Source: Vicugna vicugna (Eukaryota). From it: a stretch of 64,000 nucleotides of DNA. Below the pieces are notes generated by a model. That model saw only the letters and a list, made by a program, of their open reading frames with translations, was not told where the DNA came from and ran no database searches. The stretch is from assembly GCA_013265495.1 (NCBI GenBank), contig MU057713.1:125122-189121 (forward strand), in the 5' to 3' direction. The position numbers and the translations under genes are program-made. Position 1 is the stretch's first letter. Each line of letters opens with the position of its first letter. This document shows positions 26,941-40,445 of the stretch, piece by piece.

Positions 26941-29734
26941 AAATATATATACATACATTCTGTTATCCCATAAGGTACCAAGTTAAAGGATGACACCATT
27001 TATTGTTGATGAGTATCTACACTAACTGGATCCCACTGAGGATTCCAATCAGTATCGTGGGGACCAGAGTGGGTAAACGCAGACAAACAGCACCTCTCTC
27101 AGAACGCTGCAGTCGGCCATGTTCCTCGGGGCTCAGTCCCCACAACGAGGCTTAATAAGACCCATTTTCTCCCGATTTATTTTATATTATAATCTGTGTT
27201 ACTAGGAATGACATGTTTGAGAGCCTGGATGGTTCCTTTGATCTCAGGGTACCTTACACATTTAACATCATGTCAGGCACAAAGCAGGGTCTCCAAAAAA
27301 ATTAATGATGAATAATCGACAACTGAGTATCAAACAAGGAAAGATGATTTCACTCCAGGCCTACTTGCTAAAATCAGCAGACTTTTAAACTCACTAGAAA
27401 AATAAAATTATTATCATTTTAATGTTATTTGAATAGTTTACAGCTAAAAGCATTGGCAGAGATTTTCAAAGTGAACTGTGTAAACCGTCACATCGGAGAC
27501 CTTGAAACGTTTTAATGGAATATTACCAACATGTCCTTCTGTCACTGAAAGACTTCCACAATTTTTCTGTCTGCCCCAGATTTTCTGAGAAGCATGCGTG
27601 TTCTCTGTGCACTGGACCACCTCGACACTGAAAAATTATCTGCTTCCCTATCAACCACTGATTTTTTCCATTACCAAATGAGAGGTTCTAAAGGCCCACG
27701 GTGACTAGGATAAATCACTCCATCTCTTTTACTCTATTAAAGGAGATATTTTATGTTCCACTGCCACAAAGTCCAAGATGAACACCAGAAATAGCTTGAG
27801 AGTTGAAGACTCTCATTTTAAAAAGGCACCGCGATTTATTCTACTTCCTGCTCTACCATCAGCATTACATTATTCATTAGACGTTATTTGTTTTTTAAGC
27901 AGCTATTATGCAGCTTTCGCGGAGCGCAGTCTTCCCAGCACAAGGGGGTGATTTTGAAGGATGCCTTCCAGAGATAAGGTCACTTTGTGGAATTCCCACC
28001 TACGTGACCACAGTGTGTTTGCATAAATCCAAATCTGCTCTATGACATTCCTGTCGTGTTTGTTCGGTAAGCAAGTAATTTGCCACTCTCATTACTCCAC
28101 GTACAAGGTACCTTGTGGAAAATCAATCTTTGTTCTGCTTCATACATCACAGCTCCCCCCAGACATCCATCACTCTGGCTCTGAAATGAAGGCATGAGGG
28201 TAAGACACGAGTCTGCTTCAGCAACGCATTGTCCAAAGGGCTAATGAATGTTACACCTCACTGGGAAACCCCATCCTGGGGAAAGGAGATGTCTGTACAC
28301 AAAGCAAAGACGCTGTTTTGTGCAAAGCATTTCCTATACCAGAGGGAGGGAAGTCTTAAGAGTGGAACAAACAAGTAGCTACAGGGGGTTTAGTGAACAG
28401 TTTTTCAGAAATATTAATCTACCGTCTCTTCAGGTTACAAATCATTTTCTCCACCTCTTGACAGGCTAAGATGTGACTTTGCAAGACAATCCATTGCAGG
28501 ATCCTGACGGGTTCTAATACGTCAGGCTTCTCCCCAGGGACCGAGCCCGCTCGCACCGGTGGATGAAATCACGCTCGGTGTGTTCAATGGTACTGACTGC
28601 TGTTCTTCCATCACCGTACCCAACTCAACATCACAGCCTAAGTGCCCATGGGAAAAAGAAACCGGAGTATTTTCATTCTATACCTATCTCCAAATCCAAG
28701 GAAGAGTAATATGCTGGAATTTTCATTGTATAGTGTGGCTCAAGTGTCTTTTAAGAAACCACTACTTCGAATGTCAACCACTATTTATTAAATACCTACC
28801 ATGTTCTATGGTGGTAGCTGCTGATAAAATAGTTAACAAAAGAAACAATGTCCTTTGCCTCATGGAATTTATATCCAGGAGAGAGAAAGTAAATGAGTAT
28901 CTAAATAATTGACTATCTAAATACTTGTGACAATTTCAAGTATTGATCAGGGCTGTAAAGAAAATAAAACAGCCGTGTGACAGACAGTGATGGAGGTGTG
29001 GAGGTTTTAAAGCAACATTAGGTAGGATGGGAGGAAGACGTTAGCCAAAGGAAGTAGCCATGAGAAAGCAAAGTGTGGGGAAAGCATATTCTGGGGGGAA
29101 AAACAGTGAAGTAGACAGAAGGCTGTGTAGCTGGAGCAGGTAAGCATGAGCCAGAAAAGTGCTGCTGGTCACGGAGTCAGGTCCTGGAGGCCTTGTCGGC
29201 TATGACAAAGGATTTGGGTTTATTCAAAGTACAGTGAAAAGCCACTGGAAAGTGGAATTGGAAAGAGCTTTGAAACAACAGGGCAAATGACATGATCTGA
29301 TTGAAATTTTTTAAAGATCACCTTAAAAAGTGTTTTTACATGGATAAAGAGTTGGGCATAGATGCAGGAGAAGGAGGGGGAACAGTGAGGAAGCTGGGCC
29401 ATGGCAGGTGAGTCATGATGGTGGCTTGATCTAGCAAGGCATTAGCAGAGACAAAGGAAAGTTCCCATACTTGTGATATGTTTTGGATATATACACCTCA
29501 GGACTTGTCCAAAGACTAGGTGAGAGGATAGTAAAGAAAATATTGGTGTCATTAGTAAGAAACAAAGGAGGTGGAAATGAATAACTCTCCTTTGTATATA
29601 TTAAGTTTGAGGAGATGGATATGTAAGATGTTATTTGGGAAGCTGGGAGCACAAACCTAGAGCTTCAGGAGAGGTAAATTCTGGGGCACACAGATGCTAA
29701 TTAACACCAGGTACCCATATGAGCTCGCCCAGGG

Positions 29735-30310
29735 TAGGGCTGTCAGATGAAATACAGGATACTACTTAAATATGAATTTCAGGTACAATGAATAATTTTT
29801 GGTGTAAGTATGTCCCAAAGAATACGGGAGATGTTGTTTAAGGGGCCAAACTTGCAACTACTAGATAAGTCCTGGAGGTCTAAAGCACAGTACAGTGATT
29901 ATAGACAACAACACTCTATTATAAATATCAAACTTGCTAAGAGACTAGATCTTAATTATTCTCACCACAAAAAGAAATAGTAATTATGTGATATGAATGA
30001 GGTGTTAGCTAATGCTGCAGTAGTAATCATACTGTGATGTATTGATCTGTCAAACATCATGTACACCTTAAACTTAGACAGTGTTACACATCAATTATAT
30101 CCCAATAAAAAGTATGTCCCAAACATTGCATGAAACATACTTATACAAAAATATGCCCAATAGTTTTTGATAGATGAAACAGACAGACAGATATCTATAT
30201 AGATGTGTGTGCATATATTATGTGGGACATACTTACACTACAAAAAGTTATATGAAATTCAGATTTAACTGGGCATCCTGCATTTTTAACTAATAAATTT
30301 GGCAACCCTT
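29735..30310 (+). mobile_element. MER53 palindromic MITE split by an L1 insertion
   Basis: Termini TAGGGCTGTCAGAT... and ...AAATTTGGCAACCCT are inverted. Internal inverted arms AAGTATGTCCCA / TGGGACATACTT. Confidence 0.85.
29820..30109 (+). mobile_element. 5'-truncated L1MA-like 3' end with 14-bp TSD
   Basis: TSD AAGTATGTCCCAAA at 29806-29819 and 30110-30123. Ends TCAATTATATCCCAATAAA. Confidence 0.88.
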
Positions 30311-32215
30311 TCTCAGATTAAAACTTTGAATAGAAAAGACCAAGACCTAGTGCACTCCAAACTTTCGAGGTGGAGGACAGGAAGAAGAGTTTATAATGTA
30401 ATTTACAACGAGCCTTAAAAGGAGGAGCCAGTCAGGAGAGTGTGCGGTCACAGGCACTAAAAGAAGAAAGGTGACCCAAAAGAAAGAGAGATTCAACTGA
30501 GACCAAAGTTTTGACTGTTGCCTAGAGGTTGAATATGATGAGCTCAACAGGTAACCATGGCAGTGGACAGCAGGGAAGCAAGCCTTGGTGACCGTGAAAA
30601 CGGCAGCAACAGTGAAGTGGAAGGAACAGAAGACGCTCTGGGGTGGGACCAAGAGATGAAGAAGTGGAGACAGTGAATACAGAAAACAGGGTGGTGCCTC
30701 TAAAGGAGACACAGGGTCCAGAAATACAGAAGGATCGCGTGTGTGTTGGTGGGAACGACCTGGTGGAGAAAGAAAAGTCAACAATTCAGGAGTGAGAGGG
30801 AAAGACGGCAAGACCAAAGCCCTTGAGAGGAAGTAAGATCCAAACCATGACGTGTGGGCTGACCTGACAGCAGTAGAAAGATTTTTTCCATTTTAAAAGA
30901 AAGAAGATAGTTTGCTGGTTTCAAATTTTATCAATGACCCTACAGAAATATGTACACAAAAATAGCCCATTTATAATCAAATATTTTTCCTATATCATAG
31001 TGCAAAATGACTCAGCTATTATATACTCATACAAACAAATATAGACACATTCAAAAGTAGTTGCTTGCTTCAAGATGTTTTGATAACTAAATGAATTACT
31101 GATAGTTGCTTAGGAGGAAAAAGTGTTCACTTTAACTTTACCATGGTTGCTTTTATTTTCCACAAATATGGGAATTATAAAATAGCCTCTAAACTTTAAT
31201 AGCATCAAAAAAAGTTGAAGATCTTCTAAATGAAAATCAGATATTCCTAAACAACACTTCCCATAACACCTGCACTATATCGTACATCATTAAGTAGGTA
31301 TGTTTTGCTAATACAAAGTGAAAGCCAATACTGCCAAGCTCCAGAGAAACAAGGGTCAGTTGCCGTGGGAACCACACTTTGGACCTTCTGACTTTTGCGT
31401 GTGTTGTTTAGTGTGGATATTTGCATTGGATTTACTCCAAAATAAAAATAAAGTACTCAGTGATACATCTATAAAGGCAGCTGGCTCAGCAACAGACAGT
31501 TCCACATTTGGGGGAACACAAAAAAAAAAACAGTGAAGACATTGAAAAAATAGATGTAATACCTTTAGAACACTTCTCTTAAGTATCATGCAATCATTTG
31601 TCAGTTACCTGAAGCTCTGATATTTGTAAATGAACATAATTATTTGCTACATAGTACATCATGTTCTTATTAACAAAAGAGGTAGTCTGGCAAAGAAAAT
31701 TCCCTGGTTTATTAAAGTTTCTGAGTGAGGACTGTCTGCGTGGTTCCTGTTATTCTGAACACAAAGCTCACAGCTAAAACAATCTCGTACTCCTTTGAAT
31801 ATTTAAAGGAGTATGTCTCCTATCCATATCCTGTACTTGAAGGCAAACTGATATTGTCTTCAGAACTGATAAAATATGAGGGCAGAAAAAAGTTCTCAGT
31901 GTTAAAATCGGCATGGGGTTGTCTATCAATAACACTATCCAGATTAAAAAGGCCTTGTTTCAGCATGATTACTGTAATTTAAAATTTCCGCTTTCCCTGT
32001 ATTTATCTTATATTCTCTCTATGAACACAAAGAACACAAATGGAGCAAAATCGAAGTCCATAAAAGCGGAGGCCTTATATATCGTACAGAGTGTCTGGTA
32101 CTCATGAGGCAGTCAATAAATGATGATGGATGGATGGATGGCAGGCCAAAAGCACTATGTAGAGAGGAAGCTACGAAATTTAGTCAGATGACGAAAACAG
32201 ATCGTAAATACACTT

Positions 32216-34700
32216 CCACTCTCACCGCTTCTGTTCAACAAAGTACTGGAAGTCCTAGCCGCAACAAGCAGACAAGAAAAAGAAATAAAAGGTATCTAAG
32301 TTGTAAGGGAAGAGGTTAAACTGTTACTATTTGCAGATGACATGATACTCTGTATAGAGAAACCTAAAGACTCCACACAAAAAATACTTGAACTAATAAA
32401 TGAATTCAGTAAGGTAGTAGGATAAAAGATTAATATGTAGAAATCTTTTGCAAAACTTTACACTAACAATGAAACATCAGAAAGAGAAAGTAAAAAAAAA
32501 AAAATCTCGTTAAAAGTTGTGTCAAGAAAAATACCAGGAATAAACTTGACCAAGGAGGTGAAAGATCTATATGTGGAAAATTATAAAACAATGATAAAGA
32601 AAATTAAAGATGATTCAAAGAAATGGAAATATATCCCACAGTTTTTGATTAGAAGAATTAATATTTTTAAGTGGCCATACTACCCAAAGCAATCTACTGA
32701 TTTAATGCAATCCCTATCAAAATATCCATGACATTCTTCACATAACTAGAACAAATAATCCTAAAATTTTTACAGAACCAAAACAACCCAGAATTGCCAA
32801 AGGAATCCTGAGGAAAAAGGGACAAAGCTGGAGGCATAACCTTCCCAGACTTCAGACAATCTACAGAGCAACAGTAATCAAAACAACATGATATTGGCAC
32901 AATGGATCAATGGAACAGAACAAAGAGCCCAGAAACAAACCCACGTACCTACTATCAATTAATCTACAACAAAGGAGGCAAGAATATACAATGGAGAAAA
33001 GATAGTCTCTTCAGCAAGTGGTGCTGAGAAAGCTGGGTAGCAACATGTAAATCAACAAAATTAGAACACTCCTCACAACATACACAAAAAATAAACTCTA
33101 AATGGTTTAAAGACCTAAATATAAAACTCCTGGAAGCCAATACAGGCAAAATATTCTTAGACATAAATCATAGCAATATTTTTTATATTGGTCTCCCAAG
33201 GCAAAAGAAGTAAAAACAAAAACAAACAAGTAGGTCTTAAAAGCTTTTTCACAGCAAAAGAAACCAACAAAATTAAAAAAAAAAAACCAACAACAACCAC
33301 CTATGGATGAGAGAAAAATATTTGCAGATGATGTGACTGACCAAAGGTTAACATCAAAAATACACAAAGAGCTCATACAATTAAATATCAAGAAAACAAA
33401 CAACCCAATCAGAAAATGGGCAGAAGTAAAAAACCTTTCTCCAAAGAAAACACACAGATAACAGGCACAAGAAAAGATGCTCAACACTGCTAATTATTAG
33501 AGAAATGCAAAGGTATCAAGTGAGGTATTACTTCACACCAGTCAGAATGGCTATTATCAAAAAGTCTACAAAGAATAAACGCTAGAGAGCGTGTGGAGAA
33601 AGGGGGACTCTCCTACACTCTTGGTGGGAATGTAAATTGGTGCAGCCACTATAGAGGACAGTATGGAGGTTCTTTAAAAAAGTAAAAATAGACTTACCAA
33701 GTGATCCAGCTATCTCACCCCTGGGTATGTATCTAAAAAAGATGAGAACTCGAATTCAAAAAAAATATATATGCACTCTAGTAAGCCAGAAAGAGAAAGA
33801 AGAAAAATACCATATGAGATTGCTCATATGTGGAATCTAAAAAAAAAAAACACAAAAACAAAAACAACAAAACAAAGCATAAATACATAAGAGAAATAGA
33901 CTCACAGACACAGAATACAAATTTGTGGTTGCCAAGGGGGCGGGGTGGGAAGGGATTGACAGGATTTCAAAATTGCAGAATAGATAAACAAGATTATACT
34001 GTATAGCACAGGGAAATATAGACAAGATCTTATGGTAGCTCACAGAGAAAAAAATGTGACAATGAATATATATATGTTCATGTATGACTGAAAAATTGTG
34101 CTCTACACTGGAATTTGACACAACATTGTAAAATGATTATAAATCAATAAAAAATATTAAAAATATATATATGCACTCCAATGTTCATAGCAGCATTATT
34201 TACAATAGCCAAGACATGGAACCAGCCCTAGTGCCCATGAACAGATGACTGGCTTAAGATGTGGCATATATACACCATGGAGTATCACTCAGCTATAAAA
34301 AAGAATGAAACATTGCCTTCTGCAGCAGCATGAATGGACCTGGAGAATATTATACTAAATGAAGTAAGTCAGAGAAAGACAATTATTATATGATATCACT
34401 TACATGTGTAATCTAAAAATTAATATAAATGAATCTATATACAAAACAGAAACAGACTCAGACATAGAAAACACACTTACGGTTACCAAAGGGGGAAGGG
34501 ATAAAGTGGGAGTATGGGATTAACACATAAAAACTACTTTACATAAAATAGATAAGCAACAAGGATTTATTGTATAACACAGGGAACTAATTTCAATAGC
34601 CTATAATGGAAAATAATCTGAAAAAATATATATAATGGAATCACTTCAGTATATACTTGAAACTAACAATGTTGTAAATCAACTATATTTCAATAATAAA
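32216..34700 (+). mobile_element. 5'-truncated L1 (reverse transcriptase domain to 3' UTR), decayed
   Basis: LFADDMI reverse-transcriptase motif at 32327-32347. GINLTKEVKDLY peptide. Stops and frameshifts throughout. Ends CAACTATATTTCAATAATAAA. Confidence 0.93.
33780..34158 (+). mobile_element. Young L1 3' end nested in the older L1
   Basis: TSD AAAAATATAT(AT)ATGCACTC at about 33761-33778 and 34159-34178. Host ORF2 sequence resumes as CAATGTTCATAGCAGC. Confidence 0.9.
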
Positions 34701-34954
34701 TAACTATACTTCCTTGGCAGGTCATAAAAATAAGGCATATTAAAGATTCTCAACAACTTGCCACCATCCCTAAAGCCAGAGGTTAATGACAAATATTTTG
34801 ATCCCATTTAAAAAATCCAGTCCTTCTACATCTTTTTACCCTCCACAAAGAATACACTCACTCTCCCCCAATCTACCTATTCATACACTCTGAAAGGAAA
34901 ACAGATCTCAAAAATTAACCCAATGACACTTCAGGCTCTCATGGCTAGAGTTTC

Positions 34955-35550
34955 CCCAGCTTTACTGAGATGTAATTGATATGTAACACTGTATAAGTTC
35001 AAGGTGCACAATGTGATAATTTGATATACATAAATATTGAAAAATAATTAACCACAATAAGGTTAGTTAACACCTCCATCCCCTCATATGATTACCAGGA
35101 TTTTCTGTGTGTGATGAGAATATTTAAGATGTACTCTCTCAGCAACTTTCAAATATAGAATATTGTTAACTATGGTCACCATGCTATACACTGGATCCTC
35201 AGAACTTATTCATCATATCAACGGAAGTTTGTATCGTTTGACCAATGTCTCCTCATTTCCCACACTCCCTACCTCCTAACAGCTACCAATCTACTCAATT
35301 TATGTTAAGTTAGCTTCTTTGGATTCTACATGTAAGGGAAATCATATTGTGTTTTTTCTCTGTCTGACATTTCATTTAACATAATACCATCAAGATTCAT
35401 CCATGTTGTCACAAATAGCAGGATTTCCTTCTTTTATGGCTGAATAATATTCCACAATATGTATACACCACATTTTCTTTATCCGTTCATTCACTGATGA
35501 CACTGAGGTTGTTTCCATGTCTTGGCCATTATAAATAATGCTGCAATAAA
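34955..35550 (-). mobile_element. L1MA9-like 3' end
   Basis: CAGCTTTACTGAGATGTAATTGA...TTCATCCATGTTGTCACAAATAGCAGGATTTCC...AATAATGCTGCAAT. Confidence 0.85.
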
Positions 35551-37064
35551 TTTAAGACCTGGTGCATGGGATTTACTGAAGGGTTTCAAAGCCAACACAA
35601 ATACAATGAAGTAGAGAGTCACTGAGGAATTCACAAAGGCCAATGTTCCCTAGAATAATACCCAGGCTTATTTTCAATAACCTCAACAGTTTAGATATAT
35701 GACAGATTACACCTCAAATCATAAATTGGGACAATTCCTTCATAAAGGGAACTTCTCAGGGACTGGGGCTATGATATTTGCATAGTTGTATCCTACAAGA
35801 CCACAAGAGCACTGCCACATAGTAGGTGCTCAACACATGTGTTTATCGGATGAACTAGTGAATGAAAGAATGAAGGCATTAACAAGCAACCTGGTAATCT
35901 AAAGTTCTAATCTAAGGTATTAGAGAACCGATTATGCAGATGCTTCAAGTGTTTGACTTTATATAGGAGTTACGCCCTCACCCAGAAGTACTGCCTTGTG
36001 AATGAGGATTTCGTAAGACATAAGATTGTAAATCCAAACAACAACTGGAGAGAAGGAAGCTAGAGGAGAGTGTGAGAGAGAAAGAGAAGAAGGGAAGGAT
36101 ACAGAGGTTAGCAAAAGAAGGAATACAACTATCACATGTTGGTGCATCAGGATGGTACCTAAAAATCTATGCTCATAGATGAGACAACAGGGAGCCAGTT
36201 CTTTTACTTTCCATTTCTTTCCTTCCATAGCAATTAAAGCGTTAAACTTAGCAAAGCTAAGTATAAAATGCACAAGGAAAGTAATGACTCTGGAGTTGAG
36301 AGCTAATAATATTCTAGAATGAAAAAAAAAATTAACAATGGCAGTCAAAACCACAAACTAAGCCAAGATCTAATTATATTATACTTTCATGAATGTAAAA
36401 AAAACATGATGAAATATTTAATAATCTACCAAGCTCCATGTTTTTTTATCTGCCCAGGGATTCCATAGACTTGCATACAATTATCTCTTCAGTTAAATAC
36501 ACACCACTCGACCAGTACTTGGATTCCCGTTCACATCACTGTTCCTGACACTATGGGGCCACTTCAAATGCTGGAAGCTCTTCCCTTATCAGTCTCTGTG
36601 CTTAGGGAGGTTTAGGTTATCAGGGTTGCAATCTGCTTGTTTTAATCAGTATCCCTACGCTGTTTGCCTGTACCTTATAGGTGAGCATTTTGGCAGATGA
36701 TTTATTTGATTTCCTTTATTCTTATCTTACCAGCACTTTGAAAACTGAATGAAGGAAGAAAGAGGGCTCAGCAGGCGTTACAACGTGTCTCATTGCCAAC
36801 TGAAATGCTAAATACGTATTCTGATTTTGGAAAGACCCCATGACCCGAGCTAAGCTTTCAAGGCGAGATGTAACTGTATTATCAGTGTTCCTTTCTTTTG
36901 CTTGGCATCGAGCTATCTGTGATACAAACAGCACACGGAGGATGTAGAGTTATCTACATCTGAGATATCTGAGGAGATGGTACCCTAGGAGGACCTTCTC
37001 TCTTATTGTCGAGTCAAGATTATCCCAGTAATAACTGATTTCATAAGATACTACTTTTCTATAC

Positions 37065-37880
37065 TATTTGATACATAGAAAAACAGGTAATGTATGTATA
37101 GTTAGGAAGAAGAAAAATAAATGTGAACCACCATCTACTAAACCCATCACCAGTTTAAGAACAGAAGCATTACCACCGCTCTGAAAGGTACCTGTTTTGT
37201 GACCCATCCCAGTTCTGCTCCTCTTTCTCCTCATTCAGAAGTAATCACTAACATTACTTTTTCAAAAATAATTTTAGCAGATATATATATATGTATAAAA
37301 TCACTTTATTAATTCAATTTGCTTGGTTTGAGCTTTATAAATATGTTACTATACTATGTGTAACTCCTGAAACTTGCTTTTTTCACTCAACACCGTGTTT
37401 CAAAGATGTGTTTGTGTTTTCCTCCAGCTGTAATGCCTTCATTTTCACAATTACATAATCCCTGGTGTGATCTTAGCAAAATATACTCGTCCATTTCTTG
37501 TCAGTGGACATTTAGGTTGTTCCTAGGAGTTTTTGGTTTTCGTATGTTTGCCATCGTAATTAATACAACCAGAAACACCCATAAACATGTCTCCTGGTTC
37601 ACATGTGCTAAAGAGTTTCTCTAGGATTTATACATGAGAACAGAATTGTTGGTCATACGGAAGGCATGTGTTTAACTTCACAAAATGATACTAAGTTGTT
37701 TTCCAAAGTGGCTGTCCTAATTTACACCCTCCATCCGCAGCACTCTGAGTTTCCATTACTTCACATACTCGCCAACATTTGATATAGAAAAGCGTCTATA
37801 TTTTTTGCATTCTAGTGGGCATAAAATGGTATCCATTTTTAACCTTAATTTGCATTTCCCAGATTGTTACTGAAGACAGA
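37065..37880 (-). mobile_element. Old L1ME/MC-like 3' end
   Basis: GTGGACATTTAGGTTGTT...GTTTTCCAAAGTGGCTGT...TTAATTTGCATTTCCC. Confidence 0.75.
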
Positions 37881-39279
37881 TTTTTTTTGTGATATAACTG
37901 ACATGTTATATTAGCTGATACATTTATATGATTTTTTTTAAGTTTATGATTTTTATTGATATCCATTAATTCCTGAACAAGTGATGGATTTTTGATTAAG
38001 AATTCAGTATTATTCCTTTGCTTCCATTACCAAGGCACAAAGAACATATCAAGTTTTTTTCATTAAATTGGCCAGCCAGCATTGAATTTTAAGTTGCAGA
38101 TGTGATTATCAGTTTCTGATTTACTTTGTAAGAAGCATGTCGGGTTTTTCTTGAAGCTGCTGGTCACTTTTTTATGATCTTTATAAAATATATACCTGCA
38201 TATGTTTATTTAACTGGTAAATTTTTCCCAAGAGCATTTTGTCTATTTTCTAAGTAGAATTATTCTAATGATGCCAAACTTGATTTGTTTTCTAAGTTTC
38301 AACTCTTCAATTTCAATTGTTAAAATAACTTTAAATTCTATTTTCCACTTTTGTAGTTGAAAAACATTCTCTAAATTTGATTATTACTTGCTAACTGTGG
38401 CAAAGTAAATACACGGTATTCTTAACAGTAGAAAAGGATACAAAGATAATGTAATTATGGTGCAAAAACCTTGATTTTCTCAAGAGATCATTTGAAGAAA
38501 ATAGCTGTACTTCTCCTATAAAAATTATTTTTCTCAGATAAGATCAGAAGAAATACAATGGGATTTAAAGTTGAATTGAAGGTACCACACCAATTAAACA
38601 CTGTAGACTCACACAGCTCCAGGAAACAACGTTAGGTTGTTAAACCATGTCAGTTGATGACGATGATTACACAGCTTATACATCCTCCCACAGATCTGTC
38701 GTGATCCTGCTTCTGAGAATGGGGTCTGTTTCTTTGAATATTTTCACACCTAGGCATCAAATTTTACTTCTTTAATGCGCATGACTGAGACAGCAGTACA
38801 ACTGCAGTTTCACCAGTTACAGTTCTGGCTGCACCCACTGCAGGTGCACGGCTCTTACAGCACCTGTGACTGTGGATGGCGCTTCCAGCTCTGCACCTCT
38901 GCCACTTCAATGCTTTCACTGCAACTACTGAGTCAGCCACGGGCATCAACATTAAAGATCCTCTGTTTTCCTGGTGTGGTGCCATAGGAATCCAGCCTCT
39001 TGGTGACCTATTTAATCCACGCTACCTACAAAATAATTCAATCTAAGAATTCTAGCCAAACGATAGGGGACTGGGGAAATATATATGTATTACCTCAGTT
39101 AACAGCTTTACATTAAACAAATGACTAAGTGTCACTACCCTTCAAACAAGATTCCATGACTACTTTATGCGCATGCGGTTCAAAGCTGGAGATGGCACAC
39201 AAGCAATGCTCAGTTCAAAAATAGCACATGAACTACCGCCTGGACCAGAGTGAACTCCGTTGCCCTCCTCTTCTCGGCC

Positions 39280-40445
39280 TCTCTGTGGGAGTGAGGTATT
39301 GAACACCCTTGCACTCGTGGCCTCCTACCACCTCGCTGGCCTCTCATTCTCAAGGTGCTGGGCTGGTATTTGCTCTTCTGCCTGACCTGTGAGCAGTGAT
39401 GGCAGTGCCTCAGGCCTCTGTTCGAGTCTCTCTCTTTGTGCAGTGCATCCCCAGATGGCGTCATCCAGCCCCATGGCTTTACCATGGTCTCCTCACTGTT
39501 TATTCACAAAGTTTTCATCTGACTCCAACATCTTAACCTAGGCTAGACAATCAAATTCAATTGGAAATTCAGCACCTACAATTAGATGGCTAACAGACAT
39601 CTCAAACTTAAAAAGTGGAGTTACACGTTTGCACCCTCCTCTCCGACCCAGTCTTTCCCTCCTCTTCTTCACTGCACCACCATCTGGTCAATCAAAAATT
39701 TCACAAGTCACTTGTGATTCCTCCCTTTCCTTCACTCCCCTGTCCAACCTTTCAGCACATCCTATGCTCAACATCTTAGATACACATTAAAACCGTCCAC
39801 TTTTTTCCACCTCTGTTCTTGTCCAAGTCTGGCCTTCACTACTACAACAGCCTCCTATCTGATCTCTCTGCTTCCACTCTTTGACCACAGAATTTTTTCA
39901 CCTAGTAACATACAGCGCCATCATTTTCTTTTTTATATGCAAATCATACCACTGCCCCACTTAAAACTTTCCACTGTACTACCAGTGTACTGTTACTACT
40001 CAGAATAAAACCCCATCTCCAGACCACGACCGAGGAGGCTACTGGCGGTCCGGCCACTCCACCTCTGCCCCCTGACGACTGGTCCTTCTCCCCCCACTGG
40101 CCTCCTCTGTAAAAATGCCAGACTCAGGTCCTCGAGCCCTTTACACCGCCCCGTTCCCCTGCCTGCAAGTCCCCCTCATTCTTCAGATTTCTGTTCAAAT
40201 TTAATCTTCTCCGACAGGCCTTCCTGACTATCATGTACAGCTTAGCCTGGTTGATTTCCACCCAGGGAACATCACTGTCAATGATGTATTTGTGCATTTG
40301 TTTGTACACTTTCTAATTCCTACCACTAGCATTTCAGTTTCACGTGAAGAACTTTTTCACCCAATTCACCACTGTGCTCCATGCTGGTGGGTCTAGAAGA
40401 GTGGCTAGCTGATGACAGATACTCAATAAATATTTATTAAAGCAA
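39280..40445 (+). mobile_element. L2 (long 3' portion)
   Basis: CATCCAGCCCCATGGCTTTA, ACAGACATCTCAAACTTAA, CAACAGCCTCCTA and terminus ACTCAATAAATATTTATT. Confidence 0.8.

Larger units (their letters stand above)
28770..30870 (-). mobile_element. L2, host of the nested MER53 and L1
   Basis: TATTTATTAAATACCTACCATGT (reverse L2 terminus), GTCCTTTGCCTCATGGAATTTAT and AAGCCACTGGAAAG. L2-like sequence resumes after 30310. Confidence 0.75.

Noticed and set aside
30347..30817. 156-aa ORF, the longest in the track
   Set aside because: Lies in a decayed L2, has a non-ATG start and no recognisable intact domain.
32216..33760. Functional reverse transcriptase or novel retro-system
   Set aside because: Ordinary 5'-truncated L1 ORF2 with stops, frameshifts and deletions.
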